Positions 12,301-27,300 of a DNA stretch of 64,000 bases are shown here, piece by piece. The notes beneath the pieces were generated by a model. The model made no database searches and was not told the origin of the DNA. It saw only the letters and a program-made list of their open reading frames with translations. Within the stretch, counting starts at the first letter, position 1, and every line of letters starts with the position of its first letter. This stretch comes from Botryllus schlosseri (taxonomy: Eukaryota): the NCBI GenBank assembly GCA_051294905.1, contig CM119372.1, positions 9,364,001-9,428,000 of the forward strand, given 5' to 3'. Position numbers and translations under genes: made by a program.

Positions 12301-15300
12301 AAGCAAGACTGCTTGGGCATTGCATGGTTCTTCCATCAAGAAGCGCATGATGAAAAATTGTGATGCAGACAACATTGTCAGAATGAAGCAACACGGTGTG
12401 TCACCAGCAGTGTGCGCACAACTTGAGTGTTGTCAGCCAACAACTGCTGCTGTTGAACGTTCTTTCCCCATTTTTGGCAAGCTACTTGATAAGTGTTTGC
12501 GATTGCGCATGTTCTTTTCTATCCTATATTTGATAACGTTGTTAGAGGAATCAGTTTGTCCTATTACTCCTTATTTGTATTACGTGTTTGTTCTAATTGT
12601 ATCCGTACGATTTTATTGATTTTATTGTTTGATTACTGTTTTAAATTATCTGTTTTCGCTTGTATAAATTGCCCTCGGTACCGTTCTCTCGTCCTCCATT
12701 CCATCGAGTAACGGACGAGCGAGCGCTATTGCGAATCACTCTCTTGTATTAGCATCTCAGTATTTTCAAAGCAATTCCGAAGTTCACATTGTTTAATCAT
12801 CAATTTGGGTTGCTTGATTCTGTTGGAATACAAGACTGATACGCAAGTTTAGTGAGTCCAAGAGCAGACACAGACAGACACAAGACCGACACTTTCTACC
12901 CAAGAATGTAGGAAAGTATCTTTCATTGTACGACAACAAATTTGAATTATTTCTACAATAATACGTGATGTAACTACTGGAATTCTTCATAGGGCCAGAT
13001 TTCGTTAAAATACAAGTTTTTTCATGTAAAAATTTGTCAGTTCGTAAGTCAAAAACGTTTTTTCAGGCCAAACTACTTCGTAAGGGCAGACAGTTCCAAA
13101 GAGAAATGAAGATTAGTGGTACAATTTCAACATTATGTGCGAAAACACCTAATTTGCATACGTGAGGTCAAAATTAAGTTTTTTTAAAGCCAAAAAATTT
13201 AAAAATTTGATTTTTTTAGTCAAAATCTTACGTTTTTAGGTAAAAAAAAATCGCCCTAATTATCAGTTATCATTTTACAGGGGCTATTTCGTAAGGTTTA
13301 TATGACAGCGTCATCCATATGAAAACTTATCTCAAAAATTTTCAACTTTTCAGTAAGAGTAAGTGGTGAAGTAGTTATAACCTACTTGAGTTCTCTGAAA
13401 AAGTAGGAGTACTCTGTAGCTGAAGACTGCCGTATATGGGTCTGACCATGGGCGGAACCATTGTGGCTACGGCAAGTATACAGCATAGTCGCTTCATACA
13501 AGTTGTTTGAAGTGAAACTTTGCATTTGAGTTTGACTTGAACCGTTCGGCCGACACAGTTGTATTAGACATTGAAATATAATTGAGCAGTCGTACTTGAT
13601 TATTGCCGATCGCGTCCACGTCCATCTCCATCAAGCTTTTCAAGAAGTTTGCCTCCGACATCATCGCCTTTGCTTGTTTCCACGACACTTCGCGGTACGC
13701 CTTCATCACGAGAATACATTCGCAAATCGTCTGCACAGCTTTGGGGGGTTTCGCAAACGATCTGAAATTGAATTTAAACAAGTTACCAAGACTTGAAACC
13801 TCGATTAGTCATAGCACAACATATGAACGTAGTGCACAGCTATTTACGTCGATGGGAACAACATATTTGAGAAGTAATAATAAACCCGCAGTCTTGTCAA
13901 GATCTTTGTGTTCGCACAAAAGGAGCATATTACAACTTATTGCATCATCCATACTGTTATGACCTAGTAATGACTAGCACTTGAATATCAAATTCAAAGC
14001 CTAAAAATTCTCGATTCAAAATCGAATCCCCGATTTTGTACAGGCCTAGTCACAACCCACAGTTTGAAAAGCCCTGGTGTGGAACGCATAAGCACGTACT
14101 AAATAATCGTAATGCGGACCTGATTTCGGTGACGTCGGACTTATCCAGGTCCTGCAAGGCAAAACGAGCGGCCTCCAATGCCGGCATGGCCTCCGCGAGG
14201 GATTCTTCGGCCTCCTTCTTCTCCACAGCAATCACCTGTTACAAGGCAACGGGTCTTGGCTTTTAGCATCAGTATGATTTTTATAATGGAAACATGAAAC
14301 TGATACATGAACTCAGCAATTTCTAGATTCCTGACTTCTTGTACGATTAGTAGCCTACATCAAATTATGTCGAAAGTGATTTGTTGGTTACACTAGGGGA
14401 GTCAAAAAAAACTATTTTCTTTAAATTTCATCGGCTCAGTTGTCAAATTGTCAGGTTACCTAAAAAAGACATAGTGATATTAAGGGCCGAGGCCAATTCT
14501 TCTACTCAGTAACAATTCTCTACTCAGCAACGAATTCGATACTCAACTCGCGTCAAAAAGTATACTCACACTCAAATGCGTTCGAATCGGGACTCAATTC
14601 CAAGTCAGCGCACCACCAGACTTGAGTGTCAATTTTCACGGTGGAGCAGCCAACTGCAGGCCACACCCGCCAAATACAGGAGTACCGGTACTGTCGTATA
14701 TAGGTAAAACGCTATTTTGTGATGTGGGGTTCTGCTGTGCGAATGAAATCAGTGACGCTTGGACGGATGTCGTGTTTATAATTGTACTTGTAATTATCTT
14801 GTGTACCCTTTCGACTTCTTCTCTTACGGCATGTCGGTATACCGGAATGTTGGGTGAAGGAGTGAGGTGACACTCGAATGGATTTTGTTCAATATAATTT
14901 TATTATACAGATTTCCCGTTAAATGCGTTTTGGAATTTATAGACACAGAAATGACGACATAGGATATTGCGATCGTCGAGCAAAACCGACAAGTTCAAAG
15001 GAGCTTCAATTCGAAAGAAATCCTGGAAATGCGTTAATTTTTCAATTTGTCACGATATTGATGGATTCTTTTGTTCTTTCAGGCCTGCACTTACGTGTTC
15101 GCCTGCCGTGAAACTTATCTTTATAAATTCGAATGGGTTTGTAGCGTCTTGCAAATATACTTCTATGGGGTATAGGAGCGTTCCGGGTATGTACAAGCAT
15201 TTATCTATTTCGATTGGGTCATCTTCAGAAAGCGTTGATCAGCTGAGGGCCTGAGGCTGTTCATTGCATTGAGATGAATCAGTGAGAGTTGCGTCTACTT

Positions 15301-18300
15301 TGTAGGTCAGTGACGAAAGCGTCGTGTTGTCATGACAAAATCGTTCACGCGTCTCCGGGTGAAGGCGAAAAAAATCTGGCAACGGTATTTCGGAAAATGA
15401 CGTCTGAAAATCGATACTCGACTAAGTGACAAGAATTGACGCGCACTTAAGGTTGAGCATCGATCTGCACTTAGTTGAGTAGAGAATCGCAGTTGAGTAC
15501 TACTTTGTTAAGGAGAAGAATTGGCCTCAGCCCTAAGATATCGTACTTTATTTGCAAATTATATTACCATCCTTTTAACGTGCACATTTCAATGAAGTAG
15601 ACTAATTTCCAGCTAATCCGTGTCATATCTTTTTTGTTAACTGGCGATGTCTTTATCCGAACTTTACCATGGGCCCTAGTGGAGATGGAAACGAGTGGAA
15701 CAAGCATCCCCGCCCCTTCCGGCGTTACTGGAATACGATTTTTGGCCATGTCGAGTGACGAAATTTGCCACCGTAAATGCTACTATTTCCAACTCGGCAT
15801 CTACTGGTTGGAATTTAGCCAAACGATTAGGTAACCTAACGATTTGACAACTAAGCCGATGAAATTTGAAAAACATGTTTTTTTTAACCTGATATCGTAG
15901 ATTTTGGAGTAGTCAAAGAGCGTTACTACCGGCAGCAGTCCAACACATAATGCAATATTGTAGCTTTGATTTGAATAAAGATAAATAGAGTATCAGTGGA
16001 ACCTAAAGTGGCAGGGAGAGTAAGGCAGCGGAACAGATCATACCGCTGCGACAATAGCTTTTTTAGCGGCGCTTGGGAGGTTTGAAGCATCAGCAACCAG
16101 GATGGAATGCGGATATCAAAGCAGCAACAAAACCAGTTATTTGAAGAGCTTCTTGGAGGTAAATTTTAGTGTATTCATTCTTAGTTACACAAAGATGAAC
16201 GAGATGAACCAAATATTATGACAAAATCCTACCTTGTTTTGCTCCTCAATTTCCAGAGCCTTGGCGGAAGCGAGTTCTTTCTTTTCCACGGCGACCACTC
16301 GCTTTGAGGTGATGTCTTCCAGGAGTTCTTCGCAAGCTTTCGTTTTTTCGGTAACAGCAACCTATTGCAAAATCACATTTGAACGAAGGGAGCATTTGAA
16401 ACGATATTCATTTAGTTTTAGTAGAAGATCAAAGTCGATCAAGGACTAATATAGAACGGCGGGTTGGTAATTCAGGCTCAGTCGGGCACACATACGGAGA
16501 AATATTGTCCAAGCTGCTATATTATGTCCCAAATTAGGCCTGACATGTCAGCACTTCGAACCTAGCATTCCAATTTCAGTTGAGTTGGAATTAAAATCAC
16601 GAATCAAATATATCTCATATACTCAAATATATTAAGACGCCTGTGGCTGTGAACTATGATCTCACAAAGTATGAGCGTCATCTCTGCTATTTTAATGCCA
16701 AACACACAGAACCTTTGGTCATGATGCTACTGTTTATTGAGGTATCGTTCATTATAGATTAAAACCAACATAAGTCAAGATATGCTTACCTTTTGCACAG
16801 CAAGCTTTTTATTCAGCTCCTCCAATTGCTCGGAAGCTTCCGATAGCTTCATGAGACCGCCCTCCAATCTCTCGCACATTTTTAAGATCTCCTGATCTTT
16901 CTTGTCGAGCAATCCGTTGTAGCTGGAACGATATCACGTATTTTACTGCTTGTGACAGTATATATGCTCTGCGGTTTTATGCAAAGTGCAGCTTACAAGT
17001 ACCGTACGTGAAATGTGCGATCAAATCATATTGCATACAATGCTTTAAATTTCACCTGGTAATGAAATCCAAATAATTCTTCGGCGTCACGTAGTTGTTT
17101 CTTCGGAGTTTTTGTGCAAAAAGAGTGCTGTAATTGCCCACCGACTGATGGACAAACACGATATGTGCTACCACCTAGCAAAATATTCACACAATAAAAC
17201 GATTGAAAAGTATATTCATATTGAAATGAACCCGAATATTTTCGGCTGACACTCGTCAGGGGTAATCGTCAGCAACTAGTAGAGAATTGGGAAGAACATT
17301 GTATATCAACAATCGTATCACAAAATATGACGTCACCAGCATGAAATTTCGAATGAGAGAGCGATAACGAAAGGAAGGACTCGAATTGACTTGGTGAAGT
17401 CAATCGATCAAACTCCCACCTTAGCCTACAAATATCATAACAAAAATAGATGAATCTGTTAAAAAGAAGCATGCACACTGCACAGTTGCACACTCCATGA
17501 GAAATAGTCAACAGAATATTTGAAAAATGGGCAGGCGTTGATGAGGCATGTTACACGCCGGGGTTCAGACTTCACGTGAGGTTGTTGCGTCTAAATCGAT
17601 CCGGCAATCTCAACACGCACACTGGCATTTATCCACCAGAAACCACCCCAAACTGCTGTATTCAACGCAATATCCTACCTGATCAACATGCTCTTCTGGG
17701 ACCATTTGATTTTCCGACAGGAACGAAGTGGCAACCGCGTACAAAGCCTGCTCGGGCCAGGGCATGAACCAGTCGATGACCGTATTGTTGACCATGCCAG
17801 GGAAGTTTCTACATCTGATCCTCAGCAAATCACCGACGGGCGACATGGCAAGCACGATGTGCAGGTTGTCTCGGCATTTGCTGACGAAAAACTGCCAGAT
17901 AGCCTCTTTCGCTGGGCCGAATCTGAAACGTAAACAGCCAATCACTGACGCGTACCTACCTATTTGTTGTCACATTATTCATTCTGCATCAGTCGTGAAG
18001 ATACATCTTGCTATTTCAAAAGTAGCCACCTTCAATGCTAAAAGTATGGGCCACCTCAACCTAATCTACTTTTAGAAACATATTACTGAAATACTATTCA
18101 TACCATCTATTTTCCAGTTCCACTTGAAGTAGCCTTGAGATGTCTTCTGAATCACTACAACTTTGAATTGAGTAGAGATCTATAGCATTACCTATACCTC
18201 TACCTGAGAAGCAACACCGACTAGTTCAACAACCTCAGGTTTAATCTCATCAATGGCAATGTCTTCTAAATGTCGCAAAGTCAACAAAACTTGAATTTTG

Positions 18301-21300
18301 CTCCAAGCATGTTGGCGTTGTAATGACTTAAGTCATGATTCGACTCCAGTCACGATTTTCTGATGACTCAACTTGACTTGAGTCATTTTCTAAAAATACG
18401 GAAATAGCTCGACTCAACTTGGACTCGAGTGATTGCGCATGACTCGAGACTCAGACGGCCAAGACCGACATTTCATTGTAATTCCAAAGAATAGTAAAGT
18501 AACCACACTATTGGGACTTGGTCTATTGGTACTGGTACTTGAAAATTTGAACAGGAACTGCTAAAAGTGAGGAAAATTAGTTTATTATAAATGCGAACCG
18601 TTCGATATCACCAAACAAAGTTATAAAGTGGATATAGCAAGACTTTAACTAGAAACTGATCAGTCAACACAGTTACTTAGACTCGGAATCGAGTCATAAT
18701 ACCATGACTCGGACTCGACCTTCTGCTCTCAGACCTGAACTCAGACTTGAGTCGGTGGTCAATTGAAAATGACTCAACTTGATTGGTTACAAACAGACAT
18801 GGGGTGATTACTTCATGATTGTAATCGATTGCGATTACGATTACTTCTGAATGACGCGATTACGATTTAGATTACGATTACAGCAAAATCAGGAAGTAGT
18901 CGATTACGATTACGATTACATTGGAAAAGTAATCACGATTACTCACGATTACATTTATTTCGCATCTTAGAAGCTATGTTGGAAGACAATATATGAATTG
19001 CGCTGAAGAGGCCTAATGAGATAACGAATTCCCTTTAAAATAGATGGGCCATTTGCTTGTTACGTCATAATGTACCCTTCGACCATTTTCATAGAAGTCA
19101 ATTTATCGCGCCCAATGATTTGCATTTTTGCCAGGGCCATAATTGCCGCACCACAAATTTCCCAATAGGGTGGGGAGCGAGCTCGAAGGGGACTCAAAAA
19201 GTATTTTGTAAACCAACATAAGTTACAGAGTATTTTAAAGAGATCTAATTAACTTGAAAATCCTCTCTAGATCAGTGATTCCCAACCGCGGCTCCCACTG
19301 ACGTTGGAAAACCCAACAAAAATATTATAAAATCAATTAGGAACAAACAAAAAAATTGATATTCCAAAATTACACTTGCTTGGCTTGGAATCTGGAGTTT
19401 ATAATTAAGGGTGGAGACCAATTCCTTTGCTGTCGACTAGCGATTCTCTACTCAGCAACGATTTCGTTACTCAACTCACGTCAAAAAGTATGCTCACACT
19501 CAAATGCGTTTGGATCGTCACTCAAATTTAAGTCTGCTCATCATCAGACTAAGTTTAGTGCAGGTGGTGTTGCAAAACGTTTTACAACGCTATCTTACCA
19601 TCAAACCAATGGATCATTGACTTGATTGTTAAGTCCAACGGCCGCATTGACGGAATGAATGCTTTTTTCCCCATGATGAAAATGTTTTCAAGTCCTATTG
19701 TAGTGAATGTGGCCACTGACCCTGGTAATTTACAACTTGAATTGCTAGACATGCAGTCAGATATAAAGACAAGACAATTTGTTTGTGCGTCTCACGAAAG
19801 TTTTTCTTCCAATCTGCTGCGCTTGAGTCACTACAATATCGTTTGTTTATATAACAAACCAGAGGTCACGAATTAACAACATACACTAAAGTAATTATAA
19901 CAAGATACCAGAGGTTATAATTATGAATTACGTGCCTCCAGTTCTACATGTAGGTGATTGTCTGGCGAGATAGCGCAGTGGTATAATCCACGGCTGCAAC
20001 GCCATTGGGTTGCGCGTTCGAGTCCGACCGAGGTCGACTTCAGAATTGCTTTGTAAGTGTTGGACGTTTATCTAGGCTCCTCCTCACCTCCTCACCGCCT
20101 CATCTGCGTAAGCGGTGTCTTGCAATTAGCCTAGAAGAGGGCCGTGCTACAAGTCGGCAGATACGGAATCAAAAATGCAGAAAATCGGCCTGGTGTAACT
20201 GACCGTTGTAGTCGACAAACACCAAGATTACCTCAAACAAATAAACTCTACAGGGAAATCTGACCATCGGGGGTTGAGAGAGGATTAAAAATCAATAGTA
20301 ATATAATGCATTTATTGACGAAATTCAGTCTTCGACTTGCGATTACCACCCTATGGGGGACGAATTGCTGTTTTGGTTCTGATTCCAGCTACAACCCATG
20401 CTAACATGATATATAAGCCCATGGCCATGGCGGCAGGTCCCTATGTTGAGTAAAGAATTGTGAAATAACGATTGGCGCCCGTTTCAAGTAGAGTCATATG
20501 AGAATAAGACGAAGGGAACCTAAAATTCTGCCTTCAACTTAATACAGATATTGTACTGCAAGCTGCCGTTACGAGAAACGGCTAAAAGGTCTCGGTTTTG
20601 ATATATATATATCACCAGCTGTTGATTTTTACTGCTTCGTTGTGGAAATCGCAATGTTTTATTTGACGAGTACAAAATTTCAAATCTTTGTCCGGTATAT
20701 GTACGTACTAGATAGGCCTACTGCTCACCAAGCAGCCACGGTCAAATTGCGTTTAGCTAAGCATATAAGCATAACCAAACATTACTATTTTAAACTAGGC
20801 AGAGCGGAGATAAATTATACTGCTGCGAGGAAGTGGCGTGTGGAACGTGTTGATAACCTGATATACAGCACGGCGGGTGTTCTTACAATGACACTAATGT
20901 TCGACGAACGTATATCGAATGATACCTCTTACGCAATGACGCGCAAAGCTAATTGGCTGCTTCTGACGTAACAATGAGCTGTGGCGTTTGAAAATCAGAC
21001 GCTTGTGCTGTCACGAGCCTGGTATAATATCTCTTCCTTGTTCACGAATGTTCAGTTTGTGTCATAGTCCTTGCAAAAATAAAAGGTAATCGTTCTTTCA
21101 CAGAGAAATCGATTAGATATGGGAAGTAGTCGATTACGATTACGATTACTTTGGAATTTTTTCGAATGTAATCGATTGCGATTACGATTACTTGAAAATG
21201 CTGTAACCGTCGTAATCGATTACGATTACTAATCGCGATTACCCCATGTCTGGTTACAAACCAGCGTTACGATAACCCATCAAAAAGAGAAAATACAGGA

Positions 21301-24300
21301 ATATAAATACATTTGAAATATAAGAAAAAGGAAAAATAACAAAATTTCTCTCTTACCCGTTCTTGGAGGCTTCATCTCTCATCTGTCCGATGATGGCTTC
21401 CTTCTCGTCATCAGCATAGAGCGCCGGCACCATGCCAGAGGTCAGCATGTTGTTGATCAGCTCGAGAAAACCTTCTTCGGCGACATGAGAGTCGGTGAAC
21501 AGGAACACGGTTCTTTTATTTTCGATGCCGAGCATGTTGTACAGCACCTGCATTCAGACGCCATGATTTACACAAACATATTGCTTACTCAGGTAATAGC
21601 GTGATTTCACGACGATTTATTCTGTGCAGGGCAGCATATTGGGCAATTGTAAGTAAAATGAAGCTGAAAAGAGTGACGGCAACTGTGTTGTGCCATAGGG
21701 TGCAACAAACAAGTTGAATTTTAAACTAAGATTTGCAGCCTCAGGCCAAGAGATGTGACATTGGCCTGTATAGATAGTTGTCTCCTTAAAATGGCTTGGA
21801 AATTTCAAATATGTATGTTTTTTGCGGCCACAGGGAAAATGACGCCAGCTACACGTCATCCAAAATAATTTTGTTCTTCTAGGCCATAAAAATTTCTCTT
21901 AGTGATCACAACAGAAATCGTCATTCTATCAATGGCGACCGATCAACCGTGGTTTTAAGGCTCCAAGTTGGAAATCGAGTATTGGAACTATATTTTCATC
22001 ATTGAACCGATTGTCTGGAATTGTCTGGAAACTTGTCTGGAATCATTACGATTGATACTCGACTCAACTTCTAGTACCCAAATGGTTGTGTCCAGCCTTA
22101 TTTATCATATGTTGCATCATTTGCATGAAACAATCTGGTGCGACAACCACAAGACCGATAGTAGGTGCGGTTGGAAACCTAGTATTATCTGAAATTTGTA
22201 TTGATATCTTGAAATCGGCTTGCAAGGCAAGGTGCCGTATGTACGGTTTGTAAACCCCTCTTCTCTTCAAAATAACTCAGGAGTAAAACAGAACAATCAA
22301 AACCTTGAGATCTTCTCTAAAGGCATTCTCGTCATAGCCCCGACTGAGCTGGATCTCGAAAATCGAGCAGCCGGCCGCGAACGAAGCCAATTTCGTCAGA
22401 CTCTGCTTCCCGCTGCCTCCGACACCGACAAGCAAGGCGTGCCCGTGCTCGAGTCGGATCACGCGATGTACTCGCGTGAGATGGTCTGAATTACGGAAAC
22501 GCGTGTTCGACAAAAAACTCCTCACAAAAAACAAATAAAATTTATGGAAAAGCACATACCTAAAGCGTCTTCAAACAGCACGAGATTCATTGGCGTATGG
22601 GACTCGTTGTATTCTTCGAGAATTTCTTGGAATAGCGCTTTGGCAGCGTCGAAATCTTGAATGTCCTCGTACAGTCTCGGTTCATTTTCCTGAATACAAA
22701 GGACAGGCATATTCGCAAAGACGCACAGACAGGAGTTGTATGACAATCTTTTCCCTGAAATGGTAGCCAACGATACGACAATTGGATCATCAAGCCAGCT
22801 GGTCACGGTCAGCAGTCGCGTTTGACTGTTATCATACCAAACATTGACAACTTGTGCTCACTTACTCACTTGCACATTTACGAGGTCACATCAACTTCTA
22901 CGCTGACTAATTTGACCACCACCGGTTTATATTTACCTGCAAAGCGGTCCTGTAGTCGCCATACAAGACCGGGTCTCTCATCACGAATTCTTCGTGCTTA
23001 GAATAATGCTCGGAGACCAGGTTACGAATCATCGTCTGAAAATCACATTCAAATTGAGAGAGGTTTCGAAAAATACACAAAACTAACCGCGCTAAACGTG
23101 AGATTTCACCTGCACTGCTTCTTTGTCTTTCTCATTGATGAGCCTGTCGTGGAAGACTCGCAAGCACTCGTTTCTCCAGACGCGAATCACGTGTTGCAAG
23201 GTGGAAAACCGCTCCGGCGTGGTGAGACACAGTCCCTGTCGACGCGGCGAAACACGATTACGGGCTCTGTTGTGAAAAAAATCCAGCATTTCAGCACTTA
23301 CCTGATAGACTCTGGACAGGTCCCGCAAGTTGAAAATGTAGTGGAATTTCGACGGCGTCGGCGGCAGGTCGTTGACTATGGTCTTGTAGAGATTGAGGGT
23401 GCACCTGAAAACGATTACAAATTACATTATCGTCGTCATCAGTTTACTACTAATTTTATCCTATCAAAAACACAACAAGATTGCGATACAATGTAGAGAT
23501 GACAGGGTGTCAAAACGACTTAAAGAACTGTTTGAAATCAGATACCCTCCTGATGCTACATGTTATAAAGACGCATGAACACTGAATGTAACAGCAGAAA
23601 TATAAAAGAAAAAGCGGTGAAAATGAAGAGGCATGTGTCGGGGTTGATATATCAGATCATGGCCATGTAATCTCCAGCGCTGACTAATATGGTAGACTAT
23701 TGAATAAATCCGAATATTTTCGGCTGACGCACGCCAGGGTTAGTCATCAGCAACTAGTAGAGATTTCGAAAGAACTTTTTACATCAACAGTCGTATCACC
23801 AAATATGAAGTCACAGGCATAAAAAATTCGGCAAGCAGATGGGTTCGTTTCAATCTACTATTTTTAGATTATACAGTGCAGCTAGAGTTAAACTACTACA
23901 ACTACTGCTAATACTACTAGACTAGTACAGTGATAACGGACGGCCCAATTCAGACCAGCAGTGGGTAAATTTCCATTTTCCCATGAACCAGCGTCTGTCG
24001 CTGAGAAACGGCAAATATTAGCATCCATTTGTTTTGTCGAGTGTCGATACCGTAAATAATAGAATGTTCCGTTAGCGATTGTGCCGCACCTCGTGATGAC
24101 TTCGACGCATCCTTGTACCTCCTCGGCAAACGGCTGCACGTGGCCCCGCAGAATGGACTCGTAGATGTTTTTCAGTGATTCCTCAGCTGGGAAGGTCATG
24201 TTGAACGTGCTAAACAGCGACAGGAACCTCGGATCGACCTGAAAAGCGTGTTGACATCGTAAATATTGGGATGTTTGATAAAATCCTCGACTTTTTGTCA

Positions 24301-27300
24301 ATTGGTGATATATAGAGGTGGTCAGTAACAAAGTACTTCTACTTTTTCACAGCACTCAAGTATGTCTTGCATACTTGCACTACTTAGGTGGTGATGTTTT
24401 TAGACTACTTTCGCTTCTACTTGTACAGTAGGGTTGTCCAAAATTTGGAAAATCTCAAAAAGTCTCCGTGATTGTGTCTCATTCTATAGATTATTGATAA
24501 AAAACAACAATTAGCCTGAAAGAAGCTTACAGGAAAGCCGTTAAGATTTCGACCAAAGCGTTTGAAAGTAGCTGCTCAAGAATGGGCGTGCCACTGACCA
24601 TAGAACGGCGAGAAGACTAGTAATCAAATAACCACGGCTCTTGATTGGCTATTCGGCTATGCTTCAATGACCACAGCAGCAGCAGCTTGCTTATTAGGTG
24701 TTCAAGAAGTCTGCTACCGGCGGGGATTCTGAGTGCGCATTGTTAGTAGTTTGGCAGGTGATGAGTTAAGATCAATTCAGGACATGTTGAGGTACGAAAT
24801 ACATGATGAACAAACAACACCTGCTTCACAGAAGCTTTTACAGCATGACTGCTCTATTGTGAAGGAAACGGCTGAAGCCTACATGTCGTGTTTTCTTCGA
24901 GAGAAAGCAAAGGCGCTTATGCAAGTGTTGAGCGAATTCACCGTTTCAGTACGGATCCACCATCAGGGAATACAAATATATAAAGCTTAACAATGACACT
25001 ATACTTTGTGTGATCTTATTGGGCTGAAGCTGTAGTATATAGGTGACGTTTTGAATGCTCTAGGGATCGGCGGAATCAGCCGGTTATGCTTGGTACTTAT
25101 CAGATGCCTACAACAAATTGAATGCACTTGTAGGCGTGGTTAAAGTCCTTAATGATAACGCAGAAAAGAGGTGGTAATGTACGACACTAGCACAGGCTGT
25201 GCTGGATATGGTATGTCAAAGTCCTTATTGATCCTGCAGAAAAGAGGTGTAAAGAAAAGCACAGACTATGCTGCATTTAGTATCCGGCATAGTTTGGATA
25301 TCATATTCAGCATAGCCTGTACTTACCTTACACCTCTTTTCTGCAGCATCATTAAGGACTTTGACAACTCTTATAAGTGAATTCAATTTGCTGTAAGTAT
25401 AACTGCCAAGCATAACTGGCCGATTCAGTCGATCCCTAGAACCTTTAATACTTCGACTATATACTACAACTTGGGTCCAATAAGATCACACAAAGTATAG
25501 TGTCATTGTTAAGCTTTATATATTTGTATTCACTGATGGTGGATCAGTACTGAAACGGTGAATTCGCTCAACACTTGCATAAGCGCCTTTGCTTTCTCTC
25601 GAAGAAAACACGAGATGTAGGCTTCAGCCGTTTCCTTCACAATAAAGCAGTCATGCTGTAAAAGCTTCTGTGAAGCAGGTGTTGTTTGTTCATCATGTAT
25701 TTCGTACCTCAACATGTCCTGAATTGATCTTAACTCATCACCTGCCAAACTACTAACAATGCGCACTCAGAATCCCCGCCGGTAGCAGACTTCTTGAACA
25801 CCTAATAAGCAAGCTGCTGCTGCCGTGGTCATTGAAGCATAGCCGAATAGCCAATCAAGAGCCGTGGTTATTTGATTACTAGTCTTCTCGCCGTTCTATG
25901 GTCAGTGGCACGCCCATTCTTGAGCAGCTACTTTCAAACGCTTTGGTCGAAATCTTAACGGCTTTCCTGTAAGCTTCTTTCAGGCTAATTGTTGTTTTTT
26001 ATCAATAATCTATAGAATGAGACACAATCACGGAGACTTTTTGAGATTTTCCAAATTTTGGACAACCCTATTGTACAGTCTTTTGACAAAACTATTTTCT
26101 TTACAAAATTTGGATTTTCAAAGGTAGAAAGTAGTTTTGGGATAAGTGTGCATCACTTTAAGAGTGAAATTGTCATAATAACCTCGTGAAATAGGTAAAC
26201 GAATATATTTTTGAAGATTCTACCTGTGTGTAGAGACATTAGTCATTTTGCGTTAGTCGCGAAGATACATCTTGAAATTTCAAAAGTATCAATCTCCGAT
26301 TAACTGCTAAATGTATGCGACAAGTCCTGGAAAGTGCTGCTTCCACTTGTAATCGAGTATAAATGTAAGGTGGAACTTCTACTGCTACTTCAGTACCAAC
26401 GTAGGCTATTTTGACCACCTCTGGCGATATAACAATTTATGACAAACCAACGCCCCGAGCGATCTAAACTAACACAAAACCGTCACGCTCATTCGTATAT
26501 TTAGAATTTTTATCAATTACGCCTTAGAACAGTGGTTCTCAACCGGGGGCCCGCGAAGCATTTTCAGGGGGTCCGCGAAGCTTCTGAATTTAAAAAATGG
26601 TTGAAAATATTTTATTTTTATTTTTTAACTTAAGGAAATGACTAGGCAGTTTCACTCATTGCTGTTACAACTTCATGACTGACATCAACAGAAAAACTGC
26701 GCAAAACTCATTTTAATTGCCCTAATTGCCGACTGATACAAACATATTTACGTTTAGAGATGTTTTGTATGAGTTTATGCAATATAATTGGAGAAGTAAG
26801 ATCAATCAGAGTGAATTCGAAGTGTTTGCAAAAATCCATTTTCTCTTGTGATATACAGAACCACTGTTCCAGAATAACTTCACGATGAGCTGCTAGATAG
26901 AAATGACAAGGCTGGACGTTATATGTTCATTAAAAGTGTGCTTCTTAATTTTGGTGCCATATATGTTGCGATCCTACCGAAAGGTGTCGTCAGAAGTTAT
27001 TATTACAGTCGCCGCCACCTATCTTTCTGGAATCGGATTTTAGGCACTCGTACATATCAAATCGACAATGCGAGTTTTCAAGACACGACCACGTATTTCT
27101 AGAAATGCAGCTATAGAATTCGTTTTGAAATATTAAAGGTCTACCCAATTTTTACATAATTGGTATGATGTTATTTTCAAGAAAGGTCATTTTGTTGCTG
27201 TTTATCACGAAACTACAGTTAATATTTGGACAAGACAGATGACGGTTGCATGGCAATGGCGCTAAATTTGAACTAAAACTTGTGTGTGTAGGGGGGGTAT

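Larger units (their letters stand above)
18794..21252. mobile_element. Non-autonomous hAT element with (CGATTA)n subterminal repeats and composite interior
   Basis: TIRs CAGACATGGGGT / ACCCCATGTCTG and perfect 8-bp TSD GTTACAAA (18786-18793, 21253-21260). Confidence 0.88.
18311..21264 (-). mobile_element. GACTC-repeat hAT MITE copy, interrupted at its end by the 18794-21252 element
   Basis: 18311-18793 is the reverse complement of the 30960-31522 element. Its terminal ggttacaa is split by the insertion. Confidence 0.7.

Noticed and set aside
18820..18955. (CGATTA)n and GACTC/GAGTC arrays as CRISPR or telomere-like repeats
   Set aside because: They have no unique spacers and are subterminal repeats of TIR elements with 8-bp TSDs in a eukaryotic intron.
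19964..20035. Apparent tRNA-Cys gene
   Set aside because: The acceptor and anticodon stems do not pair properly, and it continues into a body shared with a second copy, so it is a SINE head.
24733..25766. Two near-identical ORFs on opposite strands ([14 protein letters not shown]...)
   Set aside because: They are mirror images from the foldback arms. The frame is not preserved in copy B and has no recognisable motif.
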